A stretch of 64,000 nt of DNA from assembly GCF_902459465.1 (NCBI RefSeq), contig NC_047075.1, positions 9,796,001-9,860,000 on the forward strand, in the 5' to 3' direction. Every line of letters starts with the position of its first letter. The first letter of the stretch is position 1. Positions 9,905-23,047 of this stretch are shown here, in pieces. The notes beneath the pieces are model-generated. The model searched no databases and was not told where the DNA came from. It was given only the letters and a program-made list of their open reading frames with translations. Both the position numbers and the translations under genes were made by a program. The stretch comes from Asterias rubens. Its lineage: Eukaryota.

Positions 9905-11056
9905 AGCCATTGGACCCTTTCGGTTCAGAAAACAAAATAAAAATTCACAGATTTACAAATAACTACAGAAGGCAATGGTGAAAGACTGCGCTTGAAATAT
10001 TATTCCATGAAATGCTTTACTTTATGAGAAAACAGCAAAACAATATAAATTCTCAAACACATGCCATGACACGGCGAAACGCGCGGAAACAAGGGTGGGT
10101 TTTTCCGTTGTTTTCTTCCGACTCTGATGACCGATTGAGCCTAATTAATTTTCACAGGTTTGTTATTTTATATATAAGTTGTGGTACACAAACTGTGGGC
10201 CTTGGACAACACTGTTTACCGAAAGGGTCCAATGGCTTTAAAAGTAACATTCATAAATACCCTAGACAGTTTATCTACTCCTTTTGGTGTAGAGCGCGTC
10301 ACGTGGGGGCGTTTAAACGGTTGATAATTACCAGTGTGTATAACCGGCTGGCTTCCGCGTGTCAGGCGCGCAAGATTATCACGCGGAATGCAATTCATAG
10401 CTATTAGTAACAATGCGTAATCTACTTCTAAGCGCGCGCGTAATCTATTTCTAAGCGCGCGCGTGTTCATACAACCCTCGCGCAACAGACTCTTCACAAA
10501 GTTTTTGAAACAAAATATTTCAAACCTTGAACTTTCAATTGTCAAAGTGTCTTTCATTGTAGTTTTCAACGTTGTTTAATGAAAAGGCATTTATGAATGG
10601 GAATAAAATGGTAGCGACGAGTTCTTACTCAGCCGTTGAAAGCCGGCAGGGTCGAATTGCCGTGTAATAAAGGCCCTAGCCGAAGGCGAGGGTCTTTAGC
10701 GCACGGCAGCGACCCTGCAAGGTTTTAAACGGACGTATAAGAACGAGTAAAACTAGTAAAATTGGCTTTTGTTAAACATTTGCTGGCAGTGTAAGTACTT
10801 TATGCAACCCACCATATAAATGAACTGACAAACCCGTAGAAGTTTGAGGTCGATCGGCCATCTGGGTCACCGGTCACGAGAGTATGACATTTCAGACTGA
10901 TATATTTCAAGAGATGTTTTCTACTATCATCAGAATTAGAGCGTGCAAGGTTTATGTAAATCTGTGATCTTCACGATTGGTGTTTCTTACCAGCTCTGTA
11001 TTACGTTCCTTTAACATTATATGACTATACATTTAATCATGTATGTTTCGTTTCAG

Positions 11057-11277
11057 AAAATTTCTAACCGTACAAACGGTGAGATCACGATTCTTGCTCG
11101 CGCGTGTCTCCCAGCAGGGCAATGCCCAGAGGCCTGCACCTCAATTGGGAACAACACCGAGATCTGTGTGTATTGCTGTATTGGGGACAAAAATGCAATG
11201 GCGCATCCACCGTGACTTTTTGTCTGATGACGGCTTGCGTCACTGCACTCGCGGTCTGGATGAACTCAGCCTGGTAA
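11057..11277 (+). pseudogene. Ly6/uPAR-like gene, exon 3 (frameshifted), with a GPI-signal-like tail
   Basis: Acceptor tttcgtttcag. Reads KISNRTNGEITILARACLPAGQCPEACTSIGNNTEICVYCCIGDK; two extra A in gacaaaaatgcaat, then CNGASTVTFCLMTACVTALAVWMNSAW*. The CCxxDxCN motif is the LU-domain hallmark. Confidence 0.75.
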
Positions 11278-11352
11278 GAAAGTTATAGGCTTTTACCAGG
11301 GTGCAGCAATCTTGAATTCTTTCCCATTGATATCAAATGTAACCGTAACTAA

Positions 11353-11788
11353 AGCCCTGTTTGCGTTGGACTTAATTTGGGTAAACTAACCAAGCCAATG
11401 GGTAACTTACCCGTTTTAAGTCCACTGCGAACAGCCCAGGAAAGTTACCCGACCCGAATGGGTAGTTTAACCGAGCCAAATGTGCCCAGGAAGATTGACC
11501 AGGTCAGTTTAACCGAGCCAGAAAGTCCAATGCGGACGCGACGACTCGGTTAAATCTCCCATCCGTCTGTGGCCCGAAGAAGCTGACATGTTTTGTCATG
11601 GGAGAATAATATTTTCGTGATTATCGAACTATTCAATGTCACGCAGGGGGGCCAGCTCGGTTAGTTTACCCACGGTCTCGGTTAGTTTACCTGAGTCAAA
11701 TAAATCCAAGTGCGGACGCTGGTAAGTTTCCCCTTTTGAAATGTTAACCACTGTCTCGGTAAAACGTTAGTCCAATGCGAACACGGCT
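11353..11788. mobile_element. Non-autonomous TIR element (PIF/Harbinger-like termini, inferred)
   Basis: 20-bp imperfect TIR agccctgtttgcgttggact / agtccaatgcgaacacggct; internal repeats of aaccgagcca and gtccaatgcggacgc; flanks taa / caa. Confidence 0.65.
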
Positions 11789-12918
11789 CAAGACGAGGCT
11801 GGAAGTACAAAGAAGTCTGGTTTCATATTTGCAAAATGATTATTAGCATCCATTATAGTTATTCGATATAAGGATCTTGACCAAGATGGAGACAGCATGA
11901 AAATGGTCAGTTAGAAACTCGTATGTCTTTATTTTCATTTAATATTACAGGCACTGGACACCTTTTGTTATTGTCTAAGACCAGTATTTATGTTCAGTGT
12001 ATCCCAAGCATACGCGTTAAAACCAAATATGTGAAAATGTTTACCAATCGGTCATCGAATGGCAAGAGAACAATGAAAGAAAAAACACCCTTGATGCTCA
12101 AGTTTGTTTGCTTCATATCCAGATGCAAAAAGGTGCATCAGGCCGGAAGTATTTTAATAATGAAGTGAACAATTAACCTTTTCCATTGGGAGTAATTTTT
12201 CACGGTGTTTTACACAACCACTCTCTAATGATCGCTTATACCAATAATTGTAAGGATAGTAATGACATTTTAGTAATTACAAATAGTTTCCAGTGCCTTT
12301 AAGTCATAACAAATAAAAACACATTTTAAGACAAATATTAACTAAAGTTATTCATGACAAATATATGTTCGCATATAGAAGTCGATAAATCAATTTGCCA
12401 TTTTGTTTAATGAGCATTTAACCAGCTTTAGTTTCCTCGGAGTTTCAATGACAATTTTTGTCATAAGGAAAGTAAGCAAAATCAGGATTGTCTTAACACT
12501 TTTCATTTATGTTATACTACGGTGTATTGGAAAAAAAACAAAAAAAAACCAGACCCGCAATCTCACCATGTCAGCTGTTTGTTTGTGATGTTTGGGGAAT
12601 GTATGTTTGTTTGTATGTTTTGGCTATTTGGGGTTTAGCTATCTGAAAAGTGTTTCAACCTCGTTCTCAACCCTCTTTCATTTCTCTACAGAGTTGCTGG
12701 ATCAACATGTCACTTATGGGACTAGAGAGGAGCCAAGCTTCGCTACGAACCATCCTTGGCTCTCCCCCATCTGCTTCTAGTCTTTCATATTATTGTAGAT
12801 AGCATGCTCCATATGTAGGGATGGGGGGGGGGGTAGGTTTACCTAGTCGCGTCTTTTACCTGAGTTTAGTTCCTCCTTTGTAAGTTTTAGAAGAGGAAAA
12901 AAGAAATGCAGGTTAATT

Positions 12919-13294
12919 TTAAAGGCAGTGGACACTATTGGTAATTACTCAAAATAATGATTAGCATAAAACCTTACTTGGTAACGAGTAGTAATTGGGA
13001 GAAGTTGATAGAACACAACAGTGTGAGAAGCGGCTGAAGTGATGTAGTTCTCGAGAAAGAAGTAATTTTCAACGAATTTGATTTCGAGACCTCAGATTAA
13101 GAATTTTGAGGTCTCGAAATCAAGCATCTGAAAGCACACAGCTTTGTGTGACAAGGATGTTTTTTTCTTTCATTGTTATCTCGCAACTTCGACGCTCAAA
13201 ATTTCGCAGGTTTGTTATGTTATGAGTTATGTTGAGATACACCAAGTGAAAAGACTGGTCTTTGACGATTACCAATGGTAAATAGTGTCTTTAA
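12919..13294 (+). mobile_element. Kolobok/T2-like TTAA MITE
   Basis: ttaaaggcagtggacactattggtaatt ... gtgtctttaa. Confidence 0.85.
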
Positions 13295-13470
13295 GGCTGT
13301 TTGCTTCTTTATGATTTTGTCTGCACAAAGCCACCCAAAACACCTCAAATTGGACTTTTATAAACAGCTTTTGTTTCGGAAGCTGAAACTTTATCAACTT
13401 GTCTGATGGAGAGAGCTCTCTAGTTACTTTATTGTTACTAATCCTAAATAATTTATGAGCTTTAGGACCA

Positions 13471-13833
13471 TTAAAGGCAGTGTACACTATTGGTAATTAC
13501 TCAAAATATTTATTAGCATAAAACCTTTCTTGGTGACGAGTAATGGGGAGAGGTTGATGGTATAAAATATTGTGAGAAACGGCTCCCTCTGAAGTGCTAT
13601 AGTTTTTGAGAAAGAAGTAATTTTCCACGAATTTGATTTGAGGTCTCGAAATCAACCATCTAAACGCACAGAACTTCGTGCGAAAAGGGTTTTTTTTTTT
13701 CATTATTATCTCGCAAGTTCGACGACCGGTTGGGCTCAAATTTTCACAGGTTTGTTATTTTATGCATATGTTGAGATACACCAACTCTGAAGGCTAGTCT
13801 TTGACAATTACCAATAGTGTCCACTGGCTTTAA
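13471..13833 (+). mobile_element. Kolobok/T2-like TTAA MITE
   Basis: ttaaaggcagtgtacac ... gtgtccactggctttaa. Confidence 0.9.
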
Positions 13834-14181
13834 ATATTTTGTATGCAACTAATTATTTGAAATCAACAGTTATGTGTTTGAACCTGGTGAAATAATGTTA
13901 GCATCATTTTCATATGCAATTTTTTTTCTATCAGCATCCCTTTAATGAGTGTGTCTGACGTGGCGATACTTTTGTGAAGATGCGGTTTCTATGGAAACTG
14001 AAGTATGACGTCAGTGGTTCACTCAAACATGAAATAACCCCTGAGTGTATGTTTTTGGAATATGTTGAACAGAAACAAAGACATCTTATTTTATCAAAAA
14101 CTGGCTGGTCTTTTCTTTTATTGTCATGACCCACTTTCGAATGGGAAACTTTTGGACTGCTTTTTCTCACATTTTGCACCA

Positions 14182-14416
14182 GGGCCCAATTTCATGGCTT
14201 TGCATATCGATCTCCATTCTCCGCTTACGATGCAAGCGCAGAATTTCTCACCTAGCTTGGGTAAGCCTAGACTACCTAGTAACGTAAAGTCCGCAAGCGC
14301 AGAAGCCAAAATTCCTCGTTAACCCGTGAAATACGCTTGACGTTAGCAGGGAAATTTCCTGCTTCCGTAAGCGCCGATTATTTGCTTACGGTAAGCAGAG
14401 CCATGAAATTTGGCCC
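14182..14416. mobile_element. MITE family 2 (gggcccaatttcatggct TIR); other copies or fragments near 16100-16512, 47173-47421, 55268-55470 and 61470-61578
   Basis: gggcccaatttcatggctttgc ... gcagagccatgaaatttggccc. Confidence 0.8.
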
Positions 14417-15267
14417 GTTATTGCGCCTGCTCAGACCCACGTGCGCAATACTGAGCATGTACGCGCAAAATCAGAGTCGCAAAAAGGACCTTTAAATCTG
14501 CTGCCGCCAGCGTCTCAAAAGTCCCCAATTGCGGTCCCACCCGTTTTGTTTGTGTAAGCCAATACAGTAAAGTATCGAGTAATGCAAGAAAATAGATGAC
14601 ACTGTTGACCAAGTTAATACAGACCGTATCTTCAATTGTGAGATTTATAATTGCCGGCTTTGTCTTTTTTATCCCATCCTTAAAATTCACGGTAAATGTA
14701 AACTATTATTGCATTATTAACTAAGCAAAGGCTTGATTATGTGGAATGATGGGATGTCAATCATCAACAAATGAGCAAGAGTGCACGCCCTCATGTGATT
14801 CAGCTGTAAAAAGAAACACTATTTGACTGAATTCCAAAAATTCGTTGGTCTCGTATAGTTGCCTTTAAACGTTTAGACACAACGAGGGCAGGCGATGAAG
14901 CTCTACGCCCTCTATTGACCAGTATGAAAAAAGCTTGAAAATCCATTCGCTCGTCCCCAGTGCCTTGCTGTTAATGCGCAGTCCCATCCTGCATCACACT
15001 CACACTGCGCCATATTTATAAGCACTGTATGCATGACGTACTTCCTGAGCAAGAATGTCTGCGTTCGATTAGCTTCCCTGTTGGGTCAACCCCGCGGTGC
15101 TCACTCGGGTGAGCCCATGTCATGCGCTAATCGAACGATCACACTCGCCCTCTCGTGGTGATGTCATGCACCTCCGGTCACCCCCAAGTGACAAGGAGGC
15201 CACTGACCCGGGTGAGCCTTTGGAATGACGTCTAAGCTATTTGAATGCACCGGGGGCTGACCGGGGT

Positions 15268-17275
15268 GCGAATTTTTTTTTTCAAGGACGGTAAAGGTCA
15301 ATAAATTTGCATACACGATCCCATTGGCTGCCACGCACTTGACGCTGAATTATTCATCAGTGGGAATTCAGCTATTGCCTTAATACACAACCACGAATTG
15401 TGTGTGTACCATAGAGCATGTATGCACTGTATATTGCTCTATGGTGGTACATACCATGGAGGAAGATGATTGTACACGTATTATGGCTGCAATTCATAGC
15501 TCTGTGCTGCAATAACCTAAAAGTAAAATCCACAATGTGTGGCCTAAACTACGTACGCGAACGAACGCCACTCACGTCATAGCAATTCTCTGAACTTTGC
15601 AAAAAAACACTAGATTTGAATTTCAAACTTTAATAATTCACAGTTGACTGCGGCTGTTTTGGCAGTGCATCAACCTTGGCTCCATTATCAGTGTGATATG
15701 CCTGCAAACAGCTCTTATTTCGGGAAGTCCCATGATGTGTTTTTCGCTCAAATGGCTCTGCTAGGCCTCCATGCTGCCGTAAGCAAAAAAACAACGCTTG
15801 CGGAAGCAGGGAATTCTGTGCTTACCTCAAGAGTATTTCACAAGTTGTGGGGGGATTTTGGCTTGTGCGCAAGTGCCTGCTCCTCGTCAGCACTGGCAGC
15901 CCATATTTTCAATCGACGCTTGGAAGCAGGGAATTCTTTGTTTCTTTCCAGCGTTTTACGGGTTAGCGAGGGATTTTGTACTCAACTTTAGCATTCTACG
16001 CTTACACAGCTAGCGCAGAAATTTGGCGCTTGCTTGCATATTAGCGGAGGATAAGGATCCTAAGCGCAGAATTTGGCGGTAAGCAGAGTCATCAAAGAGA
16101 AATTGTATCTCGACAGTGTTCTGTGCCAAATTTCATAGCTCTGCTTACCGCCAAATTCTGCGCTTAGGATTGTGAAGTATCACCGATGTGTGAGATGGAA
16201 ATAAGTCACCAATATGAGAGGAATCACCAAAGTGTAGAATAATAGATTTGCCTTAACGATAATTGTTTTATTGCTCAACAACATTAACTCGTGAACTGCA
16301 ATAATTGTGTGTCTGCATTGCATGTGCATTAAAACAAGAAATTTCTTCACTAGCTTTGTAAGCATAGAATTCCTCGTAACATGGAGTAGGCATGCGCACA
16401 AGCCAAAATCCCCTGTTAAACCGAGAAATACACTTGACATTAGCGAAGAATTTTCTTTTTCGCAAGCGTAAATTCTTTGTTTACGGTAAGCAGAGCCAAT
16501 AAAATTGGGCCCTATAATTGCACGACAAGCGCAAAATTTCTGCGCTAGCTGTGTAAGCTTAGAATACTTAAGTTGAGTACCAAAATCCCTTGCCAACCTG
16601 TAAAACGCTTGACAGAAACAAAGAATTCCTTGCGTAAGCTTCGATTCTTTGCCCTTGCGGTAAGCAGCTGAAATTACGGGCTGCCAGTGCTGACGTGGAG
16701 CACGCATGCGAACAAGCCAAAATCCCCCCCCCCCACTATCTTATGAAATACTCTTGACGTAAGCACAGAATTCCCTGCTTCCGCAAGCGTTGATTTTTTG
16801 CTTACGGCAAGGCATGGAGGTAGCAGAGCCATTTGAGCGAAAACCCCATCATGGGGACTTCCCGAAATAAGAGCTGTTTGCAGGCATATCACACTGATGA
16901 TGGAGCCAAGGTTGATGCACTGCCAAAACAGCCGCAGTCAACTGTGAATTATTAAAGTTTGAAATCTCGTGTCTTTTTGCAAAGTTCAGATAATTGCTAT
17001 GACTATGAGTGGCGTTCGTTCGCGTACATAGTGTAGGCTACACATTGTGTATTGCTATTAGGCTATTGCAGCATAGAGCCATGTTCTTATGTATTGCAGA
17101 CATAATTAATACGTTACCACCATAGAGCAATATACAGTGCATACATGGTACACACACACTTCGTGGTTGTGTAGCTGAATTCCCACTGATGAATAATTCA
17201 GCGTCAAGTGCGTGGCAGCCAATGGGAGCGTGTATGCAAATCTATTGGCCTTTACCATCCTTGAAAAAAATTCGC
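15268..17275. repeat. About 2-kb inverted duplication (arms about 15268-16031 and 16525-17275)
   Basis: The arms are reverse complements over about 750 bp, e.g. cccattggctgccacgcacttgacgctgaattattcatcagtgggaattcagcta versus tagctgaattcccactgatgaataattcagcgtcaagtgcgtggcagccaatggg. Confidence 0.9.
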
Positions 17276-17582
17276 GACCGGGGTCGACCCAGGGAGGCTA
17301 ACAATACACGAAACGCACCCTGTGTATGTAAGCGATCCCATCCAAGCGGTCCTGGATAGACTGGCCGCTGGGGCCGATCGAAGCAAAGCCCCATCCCTGT
17401 GGTTTGTTTTGAAACCTCGGCGAGGGTTGTTGTATATGTAAACTGTAAATTCTTGTCTTGATCAGAAGACTATACGTGGCAACGCTTTTTGAAATAATCA
17501 TAATTATACTGGGTTTGCGCGTATAACATACATATATAAGAACAGCTGGACATGCCAAAACGTCATGACCTATCTGCCCTAT

Positions 17583-17884
17583 ACGCTGAGTATATACAGA
17601 CTTTCAAGAAAGATAGGTTATTGCAGTGATGAATTCTGAGACCCATTTATGTAGCACCCTAAATAGTTTACAAGGTGCTACGGAGCATTCAGCCAGGAAC
17701 ACCGGGTGAACCCCTTCTCATTTCGAAAAGTGCACTTGGTCCTTTTATATAAGCGTTATACACAACACATGACAAACGGCTTTTACGAAGCAAAGGTCAA
17801 AACGGCCGGGAATCGAACCCATACTCTGATGATCAGAAACACCAAAGTTTGAATTCAGTGCTCTTAACCGCACGGCCACGACAC
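17583..17884 (-). mobile_element. tRNA-headed SINE with a Deu-domain-like body
   Basis: Minus strand gtgtcgtggccgtgcggttaagagcac...gggttcgattcccggccg head; body gtgcacttttcgaaatgagaaggggttcacccggtgttcctggct resembles the DeuSINE conserved domain. Confidence 0.65.
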
Positions 17885-17947
17885 TTCACCACGACACTTT
17901 AGGCTTCTCTACACAAAATACCGAAGTTTTACAGTGTAGACACATAC

Positions 17948-18333
17948 TTAAAGGCAGTGGACACTATTGGTAATTACTCAAAATAATGATCATCATAAAA
18001 CCTTTCTTGATTACGAGTAATGGGGAGAGATTGATAATATAAAACATTGTGAGAAACAGCTCCCTCTAAAGTAACGTAGTTTTCGAGAAAGGAGTAATTT
18101 TCCACGAATTTGATTTCGAGACCTCAAGTTTAGAAATTAAGGTCTCAAAATCAAGCATCAAAAAGCACACAACTTCGTGTGACAAGGGTGTTTTTTCTTT
18201 CATTACTATCTCGCAAATTCGACGACCGATTGAGCTAAAATTTCCACAGGTTTGTTATTTTATGCATATGTTGAGATACACCAAGTGAGAAGTATACTCT
18301 TTGACAATTACCAATAGTGTCCAGTGTCTTTAA
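17948..18333 (+). mobile_element. Kolobok/T2-like TTAA MITE
   Basis: ttaaaggcagtggacac ... gtgtccagtgtctttaa. Confidence 0.9.
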
Positions 18334-19529
18334 CTAATAGCTTTACAAAACTTTGCAACTGTATATTTGTAAACAAAAAATTGTTAAACTGAATAGAAAC
18401 GCCTCGAAACTAATAGACATGGGATAAATAACACCTGTAAAATGGTGAGCTGGGTTCATGGTGCTTGGGTGTCTAGTTTGATTCAGGGCACACAAAGCAC
18501 AGTGTTTGTATTTACGTTTCTAGGTAACAAACACCTTGATGTCAGGACACATCAAGGACATCGGTTTATCATTTTTAACAACGTGACTTGCACAATTTAA
18601 GACAGATACCCAGTGGGTTTGTGCTATTCCCCATGGGCGAAAAGGTCTTTTTGATCGCCGGTGTGGATTGGAGTAATAGTGAATGTCACGTGAAGTAAGT
18701 TCCACCAATCAAATGACAAGGATCTGTATGTCAGTTATATAATATAAAACATTGTGATAAACGGCTCACAATGAAATAACATAGTTTAGTTTGGGAGAAA
18801 GAGTTAATTTCTCACTCAAATAATAAAAAAAATTTAGCTGCAGCCTTTTATTCGGAATCTGAAAGCACACAACGTAATGCAACAAGGGTGTTTTTCTTTC
18901 ATCATTGTCTTGCAAATTCGATGACCAATTGAACCCAAATTTTCACAGATTGGTTATTTCATGCATATTGTTGGATACACAAAGTAAGAATACTGGTCTT
19001 TGACAACAAACGTGTCCAGTGAATTTCAAAAAGTGTGTTGGTTGACACTTTTTTACATCAATAAACTTGTATTGTTAGTAAGTTGCAACGATTAAAAGCA
19101 CTTATTTGAGTGAGTTGAAACTATAAAGGCACTAAACTTGATATTTTAATAATATATTCATATGTGTATTAACATTTGTAGGATGTAGTATTTTATTGCG
19201 ATTAAATTATTGTTGGAAAATGTTAACTTCACAACAATAGACTTGCATCGTACAGTGGATGAATTTATTTGGACCCCGGGTAGCATACACACATTAAACA
19301 GGAAAAGATGCAATAGACCTCCACCCCCCCCCCCCCACCCCAAGCAACAAGAAAAAGAAAACACAATGCTAACTTTATTTGTGTAGATTGAAATAGCTGC
19401 ATGCATAGATCTAACCATGCCAGACAGCAGCACTGTTGTATTAATAGTCACTGTAGGACGTGTTCTATAACGAGGTCTATAACGTGATTACAACAAATAT
19501 TTGCGTGTGAATGGTTAGACGGCAGTTGG

Positions 19530-19700
19530 TGTTCATGTTTATTCATGATTAATCGTTGGCGTCAGCCAATCAAAGTGTGCGCATTTTAGAAGGAGAAATC
19601 AAGATCCCGGGTGGTTGCGAAATAGAAATAGGAGATATCACAACTTCGTCTGCGATGCAACCGTTTGGGTTAACATTGTCTTTCTGAGAAGAACCCCAAT
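19530..19700 (+). promoter_or_regulatory. Conserved lectin upstream module (TTCATGA + CCAAT box + gtgtgcgcatt); CCAAT cores at 19564, 24444, 26436, 31245, 38226, 39721 and 44342
   Basis: agccaatcaaagtgtgcgcatt...cgaaacagaaataggagatatcacaactcgtctgcgatgcaaccgtttggg recurs 418-744 bp upstream of seven lectin starts while the surrounding flanks diverge. Confidence 0.6.
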
Positions 19701-19992
19701 CGTTATATGGAGAGCTGAACCTTTTATCAATTCGCGTAGACCGACGTTGTGTGTTCGTGTACGGCGAGCTATTTCATTGATGTGGAAACCCCATTGCAAC
19801 TCTTTTTAAGTAACCGCAATATGATTTGACTCTTGAGCATACAGGGAGGGAAACTCAATACGAGAGAACCATGCCAGCGCGCACATGGAACAGTCTGCCC
19901 AGGGAATAGTACAATAAATATGACATCGTTTACAACGTTGTTTGTACCAAGGGCCGATACAATTCAACTTACAGTGTGAACATTGTCTCATT

Positions 19993-20505
19993 TTGTTGTG
20001 TTTTCTTACCTTAATAATTTCAACGGTTTTGCTAAAAACCTCTTGTTTTGGAGTGGTTGCATCACAAGACCAGCAATGCTATACATTTAAGTACAACGAT
20101 TCATCCTGTCCGGAGTCTTGGCATTACTGGGGAATCTCATGCTACATGGTCACTGACACGGCATTTACCTGGGCAGATGCAAGAGACGAGTGTATAAACC
20201 TGGGCGGTGTTCTGGCGGTACCAAGCTCTGATCAAGAAAACGAGTTCACTTTGCAATTATCTGATGAGATAGTATGGATCGACTGTAATGATCGAGAGGT
20301 GGAGGGGAGATGGAAGTGCAAAGAGGGTAAGGTTGAGGTTGCTTACAGAATCTGGAACCCTAACGAACCGAACAACCACGGAGATGAAGATTGTGCGGCC
20401 TTCTATACTGCCTCATGGGGAAACCGTAAATGGAATGATGTGAGTTGCAGCAAAGTAGAGAGAGCTCTTTGCAAAATGGCTGGCAGACCAGTCCTTCACG
20501 TGTGA
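19993..20505 (+). CDS. C-type lectin L1 (echinoidin-like, secreted, EPN/WND); initiator ATG mutated to TTG
   Basis: Signal peptide + SQDQQC + CPESW..WG.SCY + EPNN..EDCA + WNDVSC + CKMAGRPVLHV*. Paralogues L5 and L9 have attATGttg where L1 has attTTGttg. Confidence 0.85.
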   Translation: MLCFLTLIISTVLLKTSCFGVVASQDQQCYTFKYNDSSCPESWHYWGISCYMVTDTAFTWADARDECINLGGVLAVPSSDQENEFTLQLSDEIVWIDCNDREVEGRWKCKEGKVEVAYRIWNPNEPNNHGDEDCAAFYTASWGNRKWNDVSCSKVERALCKMAGRPVLHV

Positions 20506-22531
20506 CAATTTAAAGTTTTGAGTCGATGCAGATATTTTAAATCTAGGCATGTTAATGGAAAATTCGCCAGAGCTCAACTTATCCAACAGTTGCATGTGAC
20601 GAAGAAGTTGTTGCTACTAAAGCTCATGCAGTTTGTAGGAGAAAGTCTCTAACATTCAGCAGAGGAAAACAAATATGGAGGAAACGAGAAAAAAAACAAG
20701 TACATACGAAGAGGACAACAACTGGTAAAAAGAAAAACAAATAGTTACATGTGCGATGACTTACACAGAAATGTTTTGATAAGAGTCTTGAAAATGTGTG
20801 GCGATGGTTGCTTGTTTGATGTAATTCCGTGATAAATGAGGTACAGCAAACCGACACTCTGTTCAATAAAATATGCTTTGATCGCAAAGGTTGGAATAAC
20901 TAGGTTGTCTTTGTTTGCAGAACAGGCGATTACTGACAAGTATGAGGTGAGCAGATCACTATTAGGGTAAATTAACACAATTAAAGACTAACAGATGAAA
21001 CAAACATTTGGAAAGAGGCGATATCCGAGTGCGTGAATGATGGCGGTATTTGTTTGTGTATAATATTCAATCAATGTATATATAATCATTTATTGTTACT
21101 TAATCGACGTAACCACTTGTAATCCATGTGACTATTGTTAACAGTTTTGTGGGCAGTCATCGACGCATGGTGGCGCGCTATATAATGCACACTCCTACCG
21201 TTTAATAAAACACGAACTAAGTCTACCCATTGCGAAATGTGTCTTTCCCAATTACATTTTCATCATTTAGGAGCAGTCCGTTTATTTTGGTCAGTCCGTT
21301 TTGTAATAAAAAAAATTACGAATTCAGCTAAAGCCTTTTATTGTGTATCTGAAAGTACACAATTAAAGCTGTGTAACAATGTTTTTTTTCATCATTCTCA
21401 TGCAAATTCGATGACCAATTGAACCAAAATTTTCACAGATTTGTTATAAAATTATATGCATTTGTTCGGATACACCAAGTAAGAATACTGGTCAGTGACA
21501 AGAAACGTGTCCAGTGCATTGTATGTGTTGGTGTGCACTATTTACATCAAAATGACTTGTATTTAATAAGTTGAATATATTTAAAGCACTTGTTGGAGTG
21601 CGTTAAAACTATATAAGCACTAAACTTGACATTTTAACAATAATGTATTCATTTGTGTATTAACAATTTGAGGATGTAATAGTGTTATTACGATTAACTA
21701 GTTGGAAAATGTGAATTTCTAAACAATAGACTTGCATCATACAGTTGATGTATTTATTTGATTCCCATGTAACCTACACATACTAAACAGGAAAAATATG
21801 CAATAGAACACCCCTCCCCCCAAAAAAAAGAAAAAAAAAGAAAGAAAAAAAAAGATAGTTATTATATTTTTAAGGCCGACAAAACTGCATGCACATATCG
21901 AGTCATGCCAGACAGCAGAACTGACGTGTTAATAGTCACTTCATAACGTATAAGAGCAACCTTTGAGTAATTATATTCTGAGTGGTGCAGAAAATTTGAG
22001 ACCTTGCCTGGGTAAAATCATGGTAAAATCAATCAACTCTCTGACGAGTGCATTTCCACACGTGCACCTCAACTCGATAACAACACCTTTAATCAGTGAC
22101 AGTTCTCTTACTTCTTTCCTGTCCCTTTGTTCAGGGTGGCCTTGCTAGTAATGGCGCGCGCTGCACAATCAAGTAGTATTGGCAGGTCCGAATGACAAAC
22201 CCCATACCGACAATATGATTGGTTAACTATTTTGGTCACAAAGCTGCAATCGCTGCTTATTGGTGTAGCTAGGTAGGCCACACCTTCATCGGTTGCCATG
22301 TTTATTCATGAGGTACTACAGTAAAGGGCAAGCTATTAATAAAGAGGAAAGCAATTAGGACTTGAAACTTTGCATGGTGGATATACGATATTGAAAGGTT
22401 TGCGGTAACACCATGTTATGACTATCTCTAAAAGAGTTCGGGTGGTGTGAGTATGATCTGATCTTCTTCTGGAGAGAGCTGATTCGTACTCTAACGCTTT
22501 CGGTACAACGCGCCCGTTTAATAGCGTCGAT

Positions 22532-23047
22532 ATGTATAATGTGTTCCTCGTATCGCTCACTGCATTGCTATTTAGCTGTTATTTTGGAGTGGTTGCATCT
22601 CAAGATCAGCAATGTTCCACTTGTATGAGTGATGGCGACGCATCCTGTCCGGAGTCTTGGCATTACTGGGGAAACTCATGCTACGTGGTCACCGAGACGA
22701 GATTTACCTGGTCAGATGCTAAACGGGAGTGTAGAAACCTGGGTGGTGTTCTTGGTGTACCAAGCTCTGATCAAGAAAACTATTTTGTTGTAAACTTCAT
22801 GCCAGAGGATAGCATTGTTTGGCTTGACTGTAATGATCTAGAGGTGGAGGGGAGATGGAAGTGCAGAGAGGGTAAGGTAGAGGTCGCTTACAGAAACTGG
22901 TATGATGGAGAACCAAATAACCAAGAAGGTGAAGATTGCGCAGTTCTGGCTACGAAGTATGCACATAATCGAACCTGGGATGTGAGTTGCAGTAGACTAG
23001 AGAGAGCCCTTTGCAAAATAAAGGGCAGACCAGTCCTTCACGTGTGA
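22532..23047 (+). CDS. C-type lectin L2 (EPN; WND reduced to W-D by a codon deletion)
   Basis: Intact 171-aa ORF with signal peptide and full CTLD cysteine pattern. Confidence 0.92.
   Translation: MYNVFLVSLTALLFSCYFGVVASQDQQCSTCMSDGDASCPESWHYWGNSCYVVTETRFTWSDAKRECRNLGGVLGVPSSDQENYFVVNFMPEDSIVWLDCNDLEVEGRWKCREGKVEVAYRNWYDGEPNNQEGEDCAVLATKYAHNRTWDVSCSRLERALCKIKGRPVLHV

Noticed and set aside
13269-13739. Short ORFs overlapping MITEs (also 23529-23726, 28024-28385, 47598-47822, 57915-58677, 61134-61361)
   Set aside because: They are chance translations of the same non-coding MITE, with no transposase motifs.
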